Positions 1 through 15,764 of a DNA stretch of 64,000 nt are shown here, in pieces. Source of the stretch: the human T2T-CHM13v2.0 reference genome, Homo sapiens; assembly GCF_009914755.1 (NCBI RefSeq), contig NC_060927.1; one strand, written 5' to 3'. Within the stretch, counting starts at the first letter, position 1. Each line of letters begins with the position of its first letter. A program made the translations under genes and the position numbers. The notes under the pieces are model-generated. The model was not told where the DNA came from. It saw only the letters and a program-made list of their open reading frames with translations, and made no database searches.

Positions 1-236
1 ACCAGCCTGGGAAACATAGTGAGATACCATCTCTACAACAAAATAAAATAAATTAGCTGGGTGTGGAGGCACACACCTGTAGCCCCAGCTACTCAGGTGA
101 GTGAGGTGAAAGGATTGCTTGAGCCCAGAAGTTGAGAGCTTGAAGCTGCAGTGAGCCATGATTGTGCCACTGCACTCACAGGGTGAGACACTTTCTCAAA
201 CAAACAAAAAGGGAAAAAAAAAAAAGAAAAGAAAAA
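1..236 (+). mobile_element. AluJ-type SINE, cut by the window edge
   Basis: ACCAGCCTGG...ATCTCTAC, A-rich linker, right arm with J-type GGATTGCTTGAGCCCAG and GTGAGCCATGATTG, A tail. Confidence 0.9.
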
Positions 237-798
237 TGATCATTAGTTGTTACTTCAGAGCTTCGGGTTTAAAATAGCATCTAGTTAGCAATTATGCATT
301 CAGATTTTCCATACATTTGGCTGAACTATTTATTATACTACATGAAAAGAGAAAATTTAAAACCACCTAGAAAACATGATTACTGTATAATATGATTTTT
401 TCATTTCTTTGGAGTTTTTGGATGTAATTCAAAATTATAGTGTTGCCTTACCTGAACTGTTGAAATTGAAAGCTAATCCATTATCTCCTCCTTCCCGCCA
501 ACCAACAGCCATTAAAAAATAGTACATCTGTATCTACTAAAATACCTAGACATTCCATTTTGATGAAAGAGTGCTTGTTTTTGAGGAAACCCAAAACCTC
601 TCTTTCTGTATGTGGTTAAAGATTGCTATACCTGGAAGAACTATGTTTCAATTAAGGCAAACAGCTAAGGCTTAATGCATCAGGCAAAGGATATTCCAAC
701 AAATAAAACCAAGTACACAAGAGTGGAGATAGCCTCACTATTCATGAATTCTGGAACTTAATCTGTACAGAGCAATAGAGAGTGAGGCAGAGGATATA

Positions 799-1167
799 TA
801 TCTTAGGTCATTTTCTGCTGCTATAACAGAATACCAGAGACTGGGTAATTTATAAACAATAGAAATTTATGTTTTCACAGTTCTGGAGGCTGGGAAGTCC
901 AAAGTCAAGGGGCCATACCTGGCGAGGGCCTTCTTGCTGCATCATAATGTGGCAGAAGGCATCAGATGGGTGAGACAGAGAGAGGGAAGGGGGGTGAACT
1001 CCTCCTTTTGTAAGGACCCCACTATTGTGATAATGCCATTTATCCACTCATGAGGGCAAAGCCCTCATGACCCAGTCACCTCTTATATGTCCCACTCCTC
1101 AACACTGTTGCACTGGGGATTAAGTTTCCAACAAATGAACTTTGGGGGACACATTCAAACCACAGCA
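799..1167 (-). mobile_element. MLT1A/MLT1A0-type MaLR solo LTR
   Basis: CTGCTATAACAGAATACC...CTGGGTAATTTATAAA...GGGGGACACATTCAAACCACAGCA is the reverse complement of the MLT1A consensus. Confidence 0.8.
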
Positions 1168-1582
1168 GTATAGGAGAAGATCAATCAGAACAGAATTGGG
1201 CCAAAAGATATGGACAACAGTCTCTGAGAAGGGGCTTCAAACAGAATTTGTGAAAGAGTGAGGCAAATCCATACTCATCATTTGGCAAACACTGAGTTTT
1301 GATAGATAGAGTTTTCTGCATTAGACAGTGAAAAAACAACAATAACAAGAATAGTAAAATTAACATAACATTTTCATATAAACAGAAAGGAAAATGAAAG
1401 GGCATTCTAATAATCCATATTTTAAAAGAGAAATCTGAATTAAGAACCCACAAGAAAGAATTCCAAGAGACAATTTAGTATGTGTTTAAAAACAGAAGAT
1501 TGTTTTTGAGACACTCCACATTTTTATTAGCTTTCATTGCAAGTAAAAAGGGAGAATTTTATTTGTTTCATTTGAAATTTAA

Positions 1583-2026
1583 TTATTGGACGCCAAACAG
1601 GAACAGCTCCAGTCTACAGCTCCCAGAGTGAGCGACGCAGAAGACGAATGATTTCTGCATTTCCAATTGAGGTACCAGGTGCATCTCTCTGGGGATTGTC
1701 GGACAGTGGGTACAGGACAGTGGGTGCAGTGCACCGAGCCTGAGCTGAAACATGGCGAGGCATTGCCTCACCAGGGAAGTGCAAGGGGGCAGAGAATTCC
1801 CTTTCCTAGCCAAGGAAAGGGGTGACAGACAGCACCTGGAAAACCAGGTCACTCCCACCCTAATACTGTCCTTTTCTGACAGTCTTAGCAGACGGCACAC
1901 CAGGAGATTATATCCCACACGTGGCTCGGACGGTCCTACATCCACGGAGCCTCGCTCATTGCTAGCACAGCAGTCTGAGATCAAACTGCAAGGCAGCAGA
2001 GAGGCTAGGGGAGGGGCACCCGCCAT
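1583..2026 (-). CDS. ORF0: L1 antisense ORF0, extended 147-aa form (translation unproven)
   Basis: MAGAPPLASLLPCSLISDCCASNERGSV... matches the ORF0 N-terminus. True ATG in GCAATGG context. Stop TAA lies in the 5' TSD. Confidence 0.55.
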   Translation of the reverse strand: MAGAPPLASLLPCSLISDCCASNERGSVDVGPSEPRVGYNLLVCRLLRLSEKDSIRVGVTWFSRCCLSPLSLARKGNSLPPCTSLVRQCLAMFQLRLGALHPLSCTHCPTIPREMHLVPQLEMQKSFVFCVAHSGSCRLELFLFGVQ

Positions 2027-2601
2027 TGCCGAGGCTTGAGTAAATAAACAAAGCGGCCAGGAAGCTCAAACTTGGTGGAGCCCACCACAGCTCAAGGAGG
2101 CCTACCTGCCTCTGTAGACTGCACCTCTGGAGGCAGGGCATAGCTGAACAAAAGGCAGCAGAAACCTCTGCAGACTTAAATGTCCCTGTCTGACAGCTTT
2201 GAAGAGAGTAATGGTTCTCCCAGCACCGAGTTTGAGATCTGAGAATGGACAGACTGCCTCCTCAAGTGGGTCCCTGACTCCGGAGTAGCCTAACTGGGAG
2301 GTACCCCCCAGTAGGGGGAGACTGGCACCTCACACGGCCGGGTACTCCTCTGAGACAAAACTTCCAGAGGAACGATAAGGAAACAACATTTGCTGTTCAC
2401 CAATATCTGCTGTTCTGCAGCCTCCGCTGCTGATAACCAGGCAAACAGGGTCTGCAGTGGACCTCTAGCAAACTCCAACAGACCTGCAGCTGAGGGTCCT
2501 GACTGTTAGAAGGAAAACTGACAAACAGAAAGAACATCCACACCAAAACCCAATCTGTACGTCACCATCATCAAAGAGAAATGGTAGATAAAACCACAAA
2601 G
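1589..2601 (+). promoter_or_regulatory. L1 5'UTR internal sense and antisense promoter (YY1 site damaged; 129-bp ZNF93-targeted segment retained at ~2349-2476)
   Basis: Homology to the L1PA 5'UTR; begins GACGCCAAACAGGAACAGCTCC rather than GGGGGAGGAGCCAAGATGGCCGAATAGG. Confidence 0.8.
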
Positions 2602-3618
2602 ATGGGGAAAAAACAGAGCAGAAAAACTGGAAACTCTAAAAATCAGAGCACCTCTCCTCCTCCAAAGGAATGCAGCTCCTCACCAGCAACAGAACAAAGC
2701 TGGACAGAGAATGACTTTGACGAGTTGAGAGAAGAAGGCTTCAGACAATCAAACTACCCCAAGCTAAAGGAGGAAGTTTGAACCCATGGCAAAGAAGTTA
2801 AAAACCTTGAAAAAAGATCAGATGAACGGCGAACTAGAATAACCAATGCAGAGAAGTCCTTAAAGGACCTGATGGAGCTGAAAACCAAGGCACAAGAACT
2901 ACGTGATGAATGCACAAGCTTCAGTAGCCCATTTGATCAACTGGAAGAAAGGGTATCAGTGATGGAAGATCAAATGAATGAAATGAAGCATGAAGAGAAG
3001 TTCAGAGGAAAAAGAATAAGAGGAAATGAAGAAAGCCTCCAAGAAATATGGGACTATGTGAAAAGACCAAATTTATGTCTGATTGGTGTACCTGAAAGTG
3101 ACGGGGAGAATGGAACCAAGTTGGAAAACACTCTGCAGGATATTACCCAGGAGAACTTCCCCAATCTAGCAAGGCAGGCCAACATTCAAATTCAGGAAAT
3201 ACAGAGAACGCCACAAAGATACTCCTCAAGAAGAGCAAGTCCAAGACACATAATTGTCAGATTTACCAAAGTTGAAATGAAGGAAAAAATGTTAAGGGCA
3301 GACACAGAGAAAGGTCCGGTTACCCGCAAAGGAAAGCCCAACAGACTAACAGCTGATCTCTCGGCAGAAACTCTACAAGCCAGAAGAGAGAGGAGGCCAA
3401 TATTCAACATTCTTAAAGAAAAGAATTTTCAACCCAGAATTTCATATCCAGCCAAACTAAGCTTCATAAGTGAAGGAGAAATAAAATCCTTTACAGACAA
3501 GCAAATGCTGAGAGATTTTGTCACCACCAGGCCTGCCCTACAAGAGCTCCTGAAGGAAGCACTAAACATGGAAAGGAACAACCAGTACCAGCCACTGCAA
3601 AAACATGCCAAACTGTAA
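2602..3618 (+). pseudogene. L1 ORF1p (RNA-binding/chaperone), nonsense-disrupted
   Basis: MGKKQSRKTGNSKNQS...; in-frame TGA at 2779-2781 (likely CGA decay); remainder ...YPAKLSF...QKHAKL is open. Confidence 0.93.
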
Positions 3619-3681
3619 AGACCATCGAGGCTAGGAAAAAACTGCATCAACTAATGAGCAAAATAACCAGCTAGCACCATA

Positions 3682-7490
<3,809 letters not shown>

Positions 7491-8164
7491 ACAATGAGAA
7501 CACATGCACACAGGAAGGGGAACATTGCACACCGGGGCCTGTTGTGGGGTGGGGGAAGTGGGGAGGGATAGCATTAGGAAATATACCTAATGTTAAATGA
7601 CAAGCTAATGGGTGCAGCACACCAACATGGCACATGTATATATATGTAACAAACCTGCACGTTGCGCACATGTACCCTAAAACTTAAAGTATAATAAAAA
7701 GAAAGAAATTTAATTATTGAAATGACCAACTGTCCAGCTTTCATTGTTAACACTAGAAGTTTTAGTAGACTTCTGCTTGTGTTTGGTTCTATGAAATAAT
7801 GATATGATTTTTATGATATAACTAGTTGTATAATTAGAATTTTTCTTATTTTATGAACTATAGTGTCTTAAACAGTATGTACTTTGGAACACACAACTAG
7901 TGATTAATTAGAATTTTGCTTTATTAAAGCACTAGTTACCTAATAAATAAATATCTTTTCAGCATGGTTCAAAAGCTGGTCAGAATAAACTAGCAAGGAA
8001 ATACAAAAAAAATTGACTGAATTGTAGAAGATATTGTAAATTAGAACAACACATCTAAAATGGCTCTTACATTTGTACTTATTTGCATATATTAGCATTT
8101 AACCAGAGATAAAATTAGGAAACTTTTAGTTGTAATAATACTTGAAAATGATTGTATAATATAG

Positions 8165-8708
8165 TTTTGTTGTTGTTTTCTTTCGAACTTCTATTTTAGC
8201 TTCAAGGGGTACATGTGCAAGTTTGTTACATGGGTAAATTGCATGTCATAGGGGTTTGGTGTACAGATTATTTTGCACCCAGGTAATCAGCATAATATCT
8301 GATAGGTAGTTTTTCAATCCTCATCCTTCTTCCACCCTCCACCCTCAAGTAGGTCCCAGAGTCTATTGTTCACCTCTTTATGTCCATGTATACTCAATGT
8401 TTAGCTCCCACTAATCATGAATGGAAGATGGTTAGTGATTTTGATGAAGCACTCATCAAAATCAATCATAAGTCAGAACATGTAGTATTTGGTTTTCTGT
8501 TCCTGCAATTATTTGTTTAGGATAATGGCCTGTAGCTCCATCCATGTTGCTGCAAAGGACATGATTTCATTATCTTTTATGGCTGTATAGTATTTCATGG
8601 TGTATATGTACCACATTTTCTTTACCCAGTCCATCACTGATGGGAATCTAGGCTGATTTCATGTCTTTGCTGTTGTGAATAGTGCTGCGATGAACATACA
8701 CATGTATG
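8165..8708 (-). mobile_element. L1PA15/16-like 3' fragment
   Basis: GGGGTACATGTGCAAGTTTGTTACATGGGTAAATTG 3'UTR; aligns with the copy at 56980-57770. Confidence 0.85.
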
Positions 8709-8749
8709 GAGACACAATATTTAAATTAGATAAATCTGTTAGAATCTCA

Positions 8750-8930
8750 ATCATATTATACACTAACTAAACAGTATCATCTTAAGCATGTAATTTAAGA
8801 AGTCTATGCTGAGTTTACAATTTTGGAAAGCAGGAATAACAATGAATACCTCACAGTTTCTTGGATTTTAATAACTACAAGTGCCATATAGAGTGGCATA
8901 GTAAATACTTGATAAGTGGTAATTAATATT
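8750..8930 (+). mobile_element. MIR fragment
   Basis: Degenerate core ...ATAACAATGAATACCTCACAG...GGCATAGTAAATACTTGATAA. Confidence 0.45.
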
Positions 8931-9119
8931 TTGGTTTAAAACCTTTTATAAAAACCTTCTTTCATCTTCATAAGTTCAAAGAGACATGGTCTCTTTGAAA
9001 TAGAAGGAAGCAATTAGTTAATAAGTACCTGAGATTATAAAGAACAAAAATAAAGAAGAAAAGTAGATAAGAATTAAAGTAAGCTAAAAATGTAATTCTA
9101 GGACAAATTTATATTAGAC

Positions 9120-10765
9120 TGCTTCTTCTGATTAGAAAGAAAAAAAAATTACACGTGAATAATATCCACCAAAACAATGACAATAAGCCATGTAAGTGAC
9201 AAAATCGTAAAGAAAATCCAAGAGTTAAGAACACTAACAAGCCTAAATAACCTCGATTTCAGAAAGTGACAACACTGCCGAGAAAAAAGGAAACCCATTT
9301 TTAAATCCCTGCCAGAGTGTTGAAAATGATATACATATCATAAACTGAAGGTAAGTGAAAGAGAGACATTAAAGATCAGCCAGTCTTTTAACAGTGTTAT
9401 AATTACATGTGGCTGAAATGAAGAAGAGATTCCTAAAAAGCCCTTACCATTGAGGGTTTCTACCTTACCGCCAATTCCTCTTATCAACCAGAAGCAAGTA
9501 CCTCAAGGTAGTTTGCCAAGAACTAGGGTCAAGGAATAAAAGCTGAGAGAGATGTAGTGACTACAGTCATGGAAGAAAAGCTGAGAGAGATGTAGTGCAC
9601 AGATAGGGTAGCAAGAGAAATTTCCTCATGGCAAGTTGAACCTTTGCAAGTGCAAAGCAGGCTATCAAAGGTTGAGTGCGGGGCAGCAGAGGAGTTGATA
9701 CACCTCTGTGGAATTCTGAACCTTCATTTTGTGCATTACAGCCACCCTCCAAGGACTGAGGTCATGACATAATAGCTGAGATAACTTCCTTCAAAGCTCT
9801 CTTAGTCTTCAGTGAGTACAATGAAGTGACCCACCAAAGGCTGGAGGCAGGACAGCAGAGTGCCAAGAAATCTTCTACGGCAGAGAAATTTGGTGAAAGA
9901 ACTGGTGAAGAAATCCTCAGTGACTCAAAAATCTGGGATACAGGCTGAAAAGCAGGGAGAAATCTCAGATAGCTTAGAAATGGATCAGCTAAACTGCAAA
10001 GCATGAAGAAAGTTCTGGAATCTTGTCAATGCTCAGATCCCAAGTCCTACTGAAGGGGATTTTTTTTTTCTCTGCACCGTAAAATATGTGAAGTAGTGAA
10101 CTGAATATGATTGAAACTGCAACAAAGACTAGACTAGACCAAGTTCTACTTTAAGCTACATTGTAGTTCCCCATATTGACATCAAATAGAAGAATGGTTA
10201 CCATTTGGGGGAAATAAATATCACTTATTGATTCTGTACTATTTGTACATACAGAATATCCAATATACAACCAAAAATTCCATGGCACACCAAGAAGGAA
10301 GAAAATAAATTACACATGGTCAAAAGGGAAAACGTTCCATTGAAAGATACTGAGAAATGACCTACATGTTGAAACTATCAGACAAAGACTAAAATAAATA
10401 TAATACATATAGTAAATAATCTAGTGGAAAGGATGGCTCACCTGTGTACCTAGCTGAAGCATTTCATCTGAGGGACGGAAAGTATAAAAGAAGAAAAGAA
10501 ACATTTTTGAAATAACAAAAATCAATTAATTAGAAAAAAGACAAAAAGAACATCAACAAAGTTAAAAGTTTCTCTTTCAAAAGAACAAAAAAAATTATAA
10601 AAGCATAACAACACTAGTGAAAAAAACAAGAGAGTAAACACAAAACTTTAATATCAGGAAAGAAAGAAACATTTCATAGCTTATAGACTCAAAAAGAATA
10701 GGGAAAGTAATGAACATGTTCAGACAGTAAGTATGACAATTTTGATTATATGAACAAATTCACTA
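9120..10765 (+). mobile_element. Ancient L1M (5' region, ORF1 and ORF2 remnants)
   Basis: A-rich L1M-like segments (GAAACTATCAGACAAAGAC; ATCAACAAAGTTAAAAG..); continues at 13727. Confidence 0.5.
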
Positions 10766-10767
10766 AA

Positions 10768-13726
10768 TTTGGGTTTGTCTTCTTGATTTCTTTCTTGGCT
10801 ATATCATTACTGGTGAATAGAAACATTGCTGATTTTTATACGTTGATTTTTGTATCCTACAACTTTACTGAATACATTTATCAAGTCTAAGAGTTTTCAG
10901 TACATTCTTTAGTTTTCTCTAGATATAAGATCATACCATCCATCACCAAAAAGGGACAACTTAACTTCCTTTTTTGTAGTATTTCTTTCTCTTGCCTGAT
11001 TGCCCTGGCTAGGACTTCCACTACTATGTTGACTGTGAGTGTTGAAAGTAAGCAACCTTGTCTTGTTCCAGTTCTTAGAGAAAAGACTTTCAACTTTTCC
11101 CTATTCAGTATGATGTTACCTGTAGGTTTCACACATATGTCCTTTATTATTTTGAGGTATGTTCCTTCTTTGCCTAGTTTGTTGAGTTTTTATCATGAAG
11201 AGATGTTGAATTCTATCAAACGTTTTTTCTGTATTTATTGAGATGATGATATAGTTTTTGTCTTTCATTCTGTTGATGTGATGTATCACATTTATTGATT
11301 TGCATGTGTCGACCCAGCCTTCCATTCCTGCTATAAATCCCACTTGATCATGTTTTACTATCTTTTCGATGTGCTGTTAAATGTGGTTTGCTAGTATTTT
11401 CTGGAGGACTTTTGCATCTCTATTCATCATGGACATTGGCCTATAGTTTTGTGTTGTTGTTGTCACTTTGTTTGGTTTGAGTATCCAGGTAATGCAGTAA
11501 TTCTGGCCTCATAAAATGAGTTATGGAGAGTTTCTTCCTCTTTGATTTTTGGAAACAGTTCCAGGAAGATTGGTATTAGTTCATTTTGTATATTTAGTAG
11601 AATCTGGCTGTGAATTTATCCAGTCCTGGGCTTTTCTTGCTATTGTTTTGGGGAGACGTTTTATTGTTGATTCAGTCTCACTACTCAATGATCTGTTCAG
11701 GTTTTATATTTCTTTCTGATTCAATCTTAGTAGGTTTTATGTATCCAAAAATGTATCCACTTCCTCTAAGTTTTTCAGTTTATCAGCATATAGTTGTTCA
11801 TAATAGTCCCTGACGATGTTTTGTATTTCTGTGGTAACAGTCGTAATGTCTTGTTTTTAATTTTTTATTTCGTTCATCTGGGTATTCATTCTTCTTTTCT
11901 TGGTTAATCTAGCTAGTGGTTTATCAATTTTGTTTATCTTTCTGAAAAAACAATTTTTCATTTTTTAGCCCTTTTTATTGTTAAAGTTTCTATTTTATTT
12001 ATTTCTGTTCTGATCATTATTATTTCTTACAGTAATTTTTGGTTTGCTTTGCTTTTGCTTTTCTAGTTCCTTGAGTGTATTATTAGACTGTTAGTTTGTA
12101 ATCTTTCTACTTTTTTAATGTAGAGATTTATTTCTATAAATATTCTTAGCATTATTTTTCTGTATCCATCTATTTTAGTATGTTATGTTTCTATTTTGAT
12201 TTGTTGCAATAATTTTTTAAAATATCCATCTTAACTTCTTCATCAACTCAGTAATCATTCGGGAGCATGTTGTTTAATTTCCATGTAATTGTATAGTTTC
12301 TGGAGTTTTTGTTGGTATTAATTTCTGGTTTTATTCCACCATGATCAGAGAAGATACTTGATAGGATTTCAATTTTCAAAAATTTGTTAAGACTTTTTTT
12401 GTAGCCTACAATATAGTCTATCCTGGAGAATATTCCATGTGCTGATGAAAAGAGTGTATATTCTGTAGTTATTGGAGAGAATGTTCTGTAAATATCCGTA
12501 AGGTCCATTTGGTCTAAAGTTCACTTTAAATCCAATATTTCTTGTTGATTTTCTGTCTAGACTGTCCACTGCTGAGAGTGGGATGTTGAAGTCCCTGACT
12601 ATTGTTATATTGTACTTTTGCTATCTCTTTTGCTCTAGTAATATTTGTTTTATGAATCTGAGTGTTCTAGTATCAGGTGTATATATAATTACTGTACCCT
12701 CTTCCTAGATTGATCCATTTATCATTATATAATGACCTTCTTTGTCCTTTTTTTAAAGCTGTTTTTGCCTTAAAGTTTTTTTTATTTAAGTGTAGTTATT
12801 CCTGCTCAACTTTCCTTTCCATTTGTGTGGAATATCTTTTTCTGTTGATAGAGGAGTTAAGATGAAATCACTTAGGCAGATAGTAAAGGTATGGGAGTCC
12901 TCAGTAAGGCTTTTCTTTTTAATGAAAAGCAGCCCCAAATCATTTTCTAACAAAAGCAGCCTGTAAAGTTGAGCTACACACATAGACAAGCAAACTGGCA
13001 GCTTGCACAGATGAATGCTGACAAGAAATAGGGACTAGACATGTTCAAGATGATGGCTCCACCTTACCTTCTCTTTGTCACCCACATGGACAGTAAGAAA
13101 CAGACAAGATGGCAACAGCCAAGGAGAGAGTTCACTTGCATAATAAGATTAGGGTGGGGTGACCAGACTTCCCCATGCACTATGTAAATGTCATACCTGA
13201 TGGAACCAATCTGTGAGCCCTATGTAAATCAGACACCACCTCCTCAAACCAGACTATAAAATCTGGTGCAACTGCTGCCAGCCGCTCCTTTCCACTCTGG
13301 GGCCCCTCTCTCTATAGAGGGAGCTGTTTCTCTTTCTCTTTCTCTTCTCTTCTGCCTGTTAAACCTCTGTTCCTAAACATCTCATGTGTGTCCATGTCCT
13401 AAATTTTCCTGGTGGGCGAGGACAAACCCAGGGTATATACCACAGACAATGTAGCCACTTTACCATTACTTTACTTTTTAGTCTATGTGTGTTTTTACGG
13501 GTAAGGTGAGTTTTTGTAAGCAGCATATCATTGGATCATGGTTTTTTCATCCATAAATTCAGCTTTTCTGTATATTTTCTGCAGAGAATGTAATCCATTT
13601 ATGTTCAAGGTTATTCTTGATATGTGAGGCTTTGTTCCTATCATATTGTTCACTAGGGTTTTTGTTGTTGTTTTATGTATATTTTTGTTCCTTTCTTTTT
13701 CTCTTACTGTTTGACCTTGTAGTTTG
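10768..13726 (-). mobile_element. L1MA/L1PB-type internal ORF2 fragment (EN to RT), interrupted by an LTR
   Basis: Minus-strand peptides [49 protein letters not shown]; no 3'UTR. Confidence 0.85.
12846..13462 (+). mobile_element. LTR9-type (HUERS-P3 group) ERV1 solo LTR
   Basis: TGATAGAGGAGTTAAG...TTAGGCAGATAGT start, CCAAT and TATAAA boxes, 617 bp; 4-bp TSD CTGT/CCAT (both derivable from CCGT by CpG decay). Confidence 0.75.
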
Positions 13727-15760
13727 TTCACTACTGAATTCTTTCAAACAATTACATGAAAATTAACTCTTATATAATCTCTTTTAAAAAACAGCAGATG
13801 AGGTTAACTTTCCCAACTTATTTTAGTAGGCCAGCATTACTCTAATGCCAAATGCTAACAAAAATATTATAAGAAAGGAAAATTATAAAGTAATTGTTCT
13901 CATGGACTCAGACACAAAAATCTTTAATAAATTTTTAACAAACAGAGTCTATTAATGTACAAAAAGTTAACATATTATAACCAAGTAGATTTTATTCTAT
14001 GAATGTAAGTCTGGTTTGATAATTAAAAGTCATTCACTACTATACACCACATTAGTAGAACAAAAGAGAAAAACATATGATAATCTCAGTAGATGTAGGA
14101 AAAGCACTTGACAAAATTTGACATCCATTAATAACAGAAGCTCATAACTCGTAATAAAATGATGTTTTATGGATCTCATAAAGGCCATCTAAAAAATAGA
14201 TAAAGTATCCTTGGATCCCTCTACTTTGTGAAGAAAGGCTGAATGTTTTTCTCTTAAAATTCCTCTACTGTATCTCCTAGCCTTTACAATGATGTAAGAA
14301 ATAAATAAATAAAGCATAAAGAATTTTAGAAAGAAACAATATTTTCCTTATTTAATGAAAATATTGAATTCATGAAGAATCAAAAGGAATCTACAAGCAA
14401 ACTAGTAGAACTAAGTGAATTTAGTAAAGTTACAAGGTATGGTTAGCAGGCAAAAATCAATCATATTACATAATGGAAATAAAAAATTATAAATGATGTT
14501 TAAAAACAATACTATTCAAAAAGTTTAAGATGCCTTAAATTCCTAATAATATATCTTTCAAAAAGAAAAAGATAGCATGAGCCTTTACATAAAAAACTAC
14601 AGATAATTGATAGAATTGAAGAAGACCTACATAAATGTAGATATAAACTATATTTATGAATTGACAATATAAATATTGTTAAGGCAGTTATTCTCCCTAA
14701 ATGGATATATAGAGACACTGCAATCAATAAGGAACTTTTAGCAGAATATTTTTTAAAAACCTAACAACTTAACCCTGAAATTTATGTGGAAATTCAAGAG
14801 AATCTAAAAACAGTACTATCTAATAAAAATATATTGTGAGATACACAATTTAAAATTTTCTACTAGCCACTTTATAAAAGTAAAAATGAACTGTAAAGTT
14901 AATTTTAATAATGCATCATATTAAGCCAATATAATCAAAATATTATCATTTCAACAAGGGATCAATATTGCAAAATTACTGAGATATTTTACATTTTTTT
15001 CAATCTATGTTTTGAAATCAGTGTATATTTTATACTTGCATCACATCTCAATCAGGACAGCTGCATTTTAAGTGCTCAAAGCCACATTGGGCAGATGGCT
15101 AACATATTGGACAGCATAGATCTATAATATGCAAAACAATCTTGAGAGAGGAGGAGGAGAAAGAGTAGGAAGTGGGGAAGAAGAGCAAGATGGAGAAGAA
15201 CAAGATGGATAAAGAGAACAGATGTGAGAAGGAGAAAGAAAACAAGAAAAACAGGAAAAGATGTGACGGTCTAGCCCACCCCATTCTGAGAGTAGCATTA
15301 GCATAAGGAGAGATATATAACTGAAAGATAATCAAGGCTCTAGAAACACAGTAATATTCCCATACATATATGATCAGTTGACTTTCAACCAAGATGACAA
15401 GTCCATTCAGTGGGAAAGGAAAACTTCTATTAATAAATGATTTTGGAACAAATGGACAGTCATATGATTTTTTTAAGCCTTGAATTCTAACTCTGTACAC
15501 AAGAATTATTTTTAAGATGGATCATAGCCCCAAATATAAAATCCAGAAATATAAATCTTTCTAAAGGAAACAGAAGGCTATCTTCACAACTTGGAATAGG
15601 CAAATATTTCTTGGACAGAACATAAAGCACTAAAAATAGAAAAGAATTTGATAAATTGGACATTGTCAAAATTAAAATAAATGTTAAAATTAGAAACACA
15701 CTGTTTAGAAAATAAGAAGGCAAACCAAGGACCAAGAGAAAATATTCTCAACACATTGAC
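13727..15760 (+). mobile_element. Ancient L1M ORF2 3' half (continuation of 9120-10765), interrupted by MER33
   Basis: GGCCAGCATTACTCTAATGCCAAA, AAAAGCACTTGACAAAATT, AACTAGTAGAACTAAGTGAATTTAGTAAAGTT. Confidence 0.75.
14811..15119 (+). mobile_element. MER33 hAT-Charlie MITE
   Basis: CAGTACTATCTAATA...ATTGGACAGCATAG termini, ~310 bp, 8-bp TSD ATCTAAAA/ATCTATAA. Confidence 0.85.
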
Positions 15761-15764
15761 ATGA

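Noticed and set aside
13037-13046. p53 response element in LTR9 (AGACATGTTC)
   Set aside because: Only one consensus half-site; the adjacent decamers do not fit RRRCWWGYYY.
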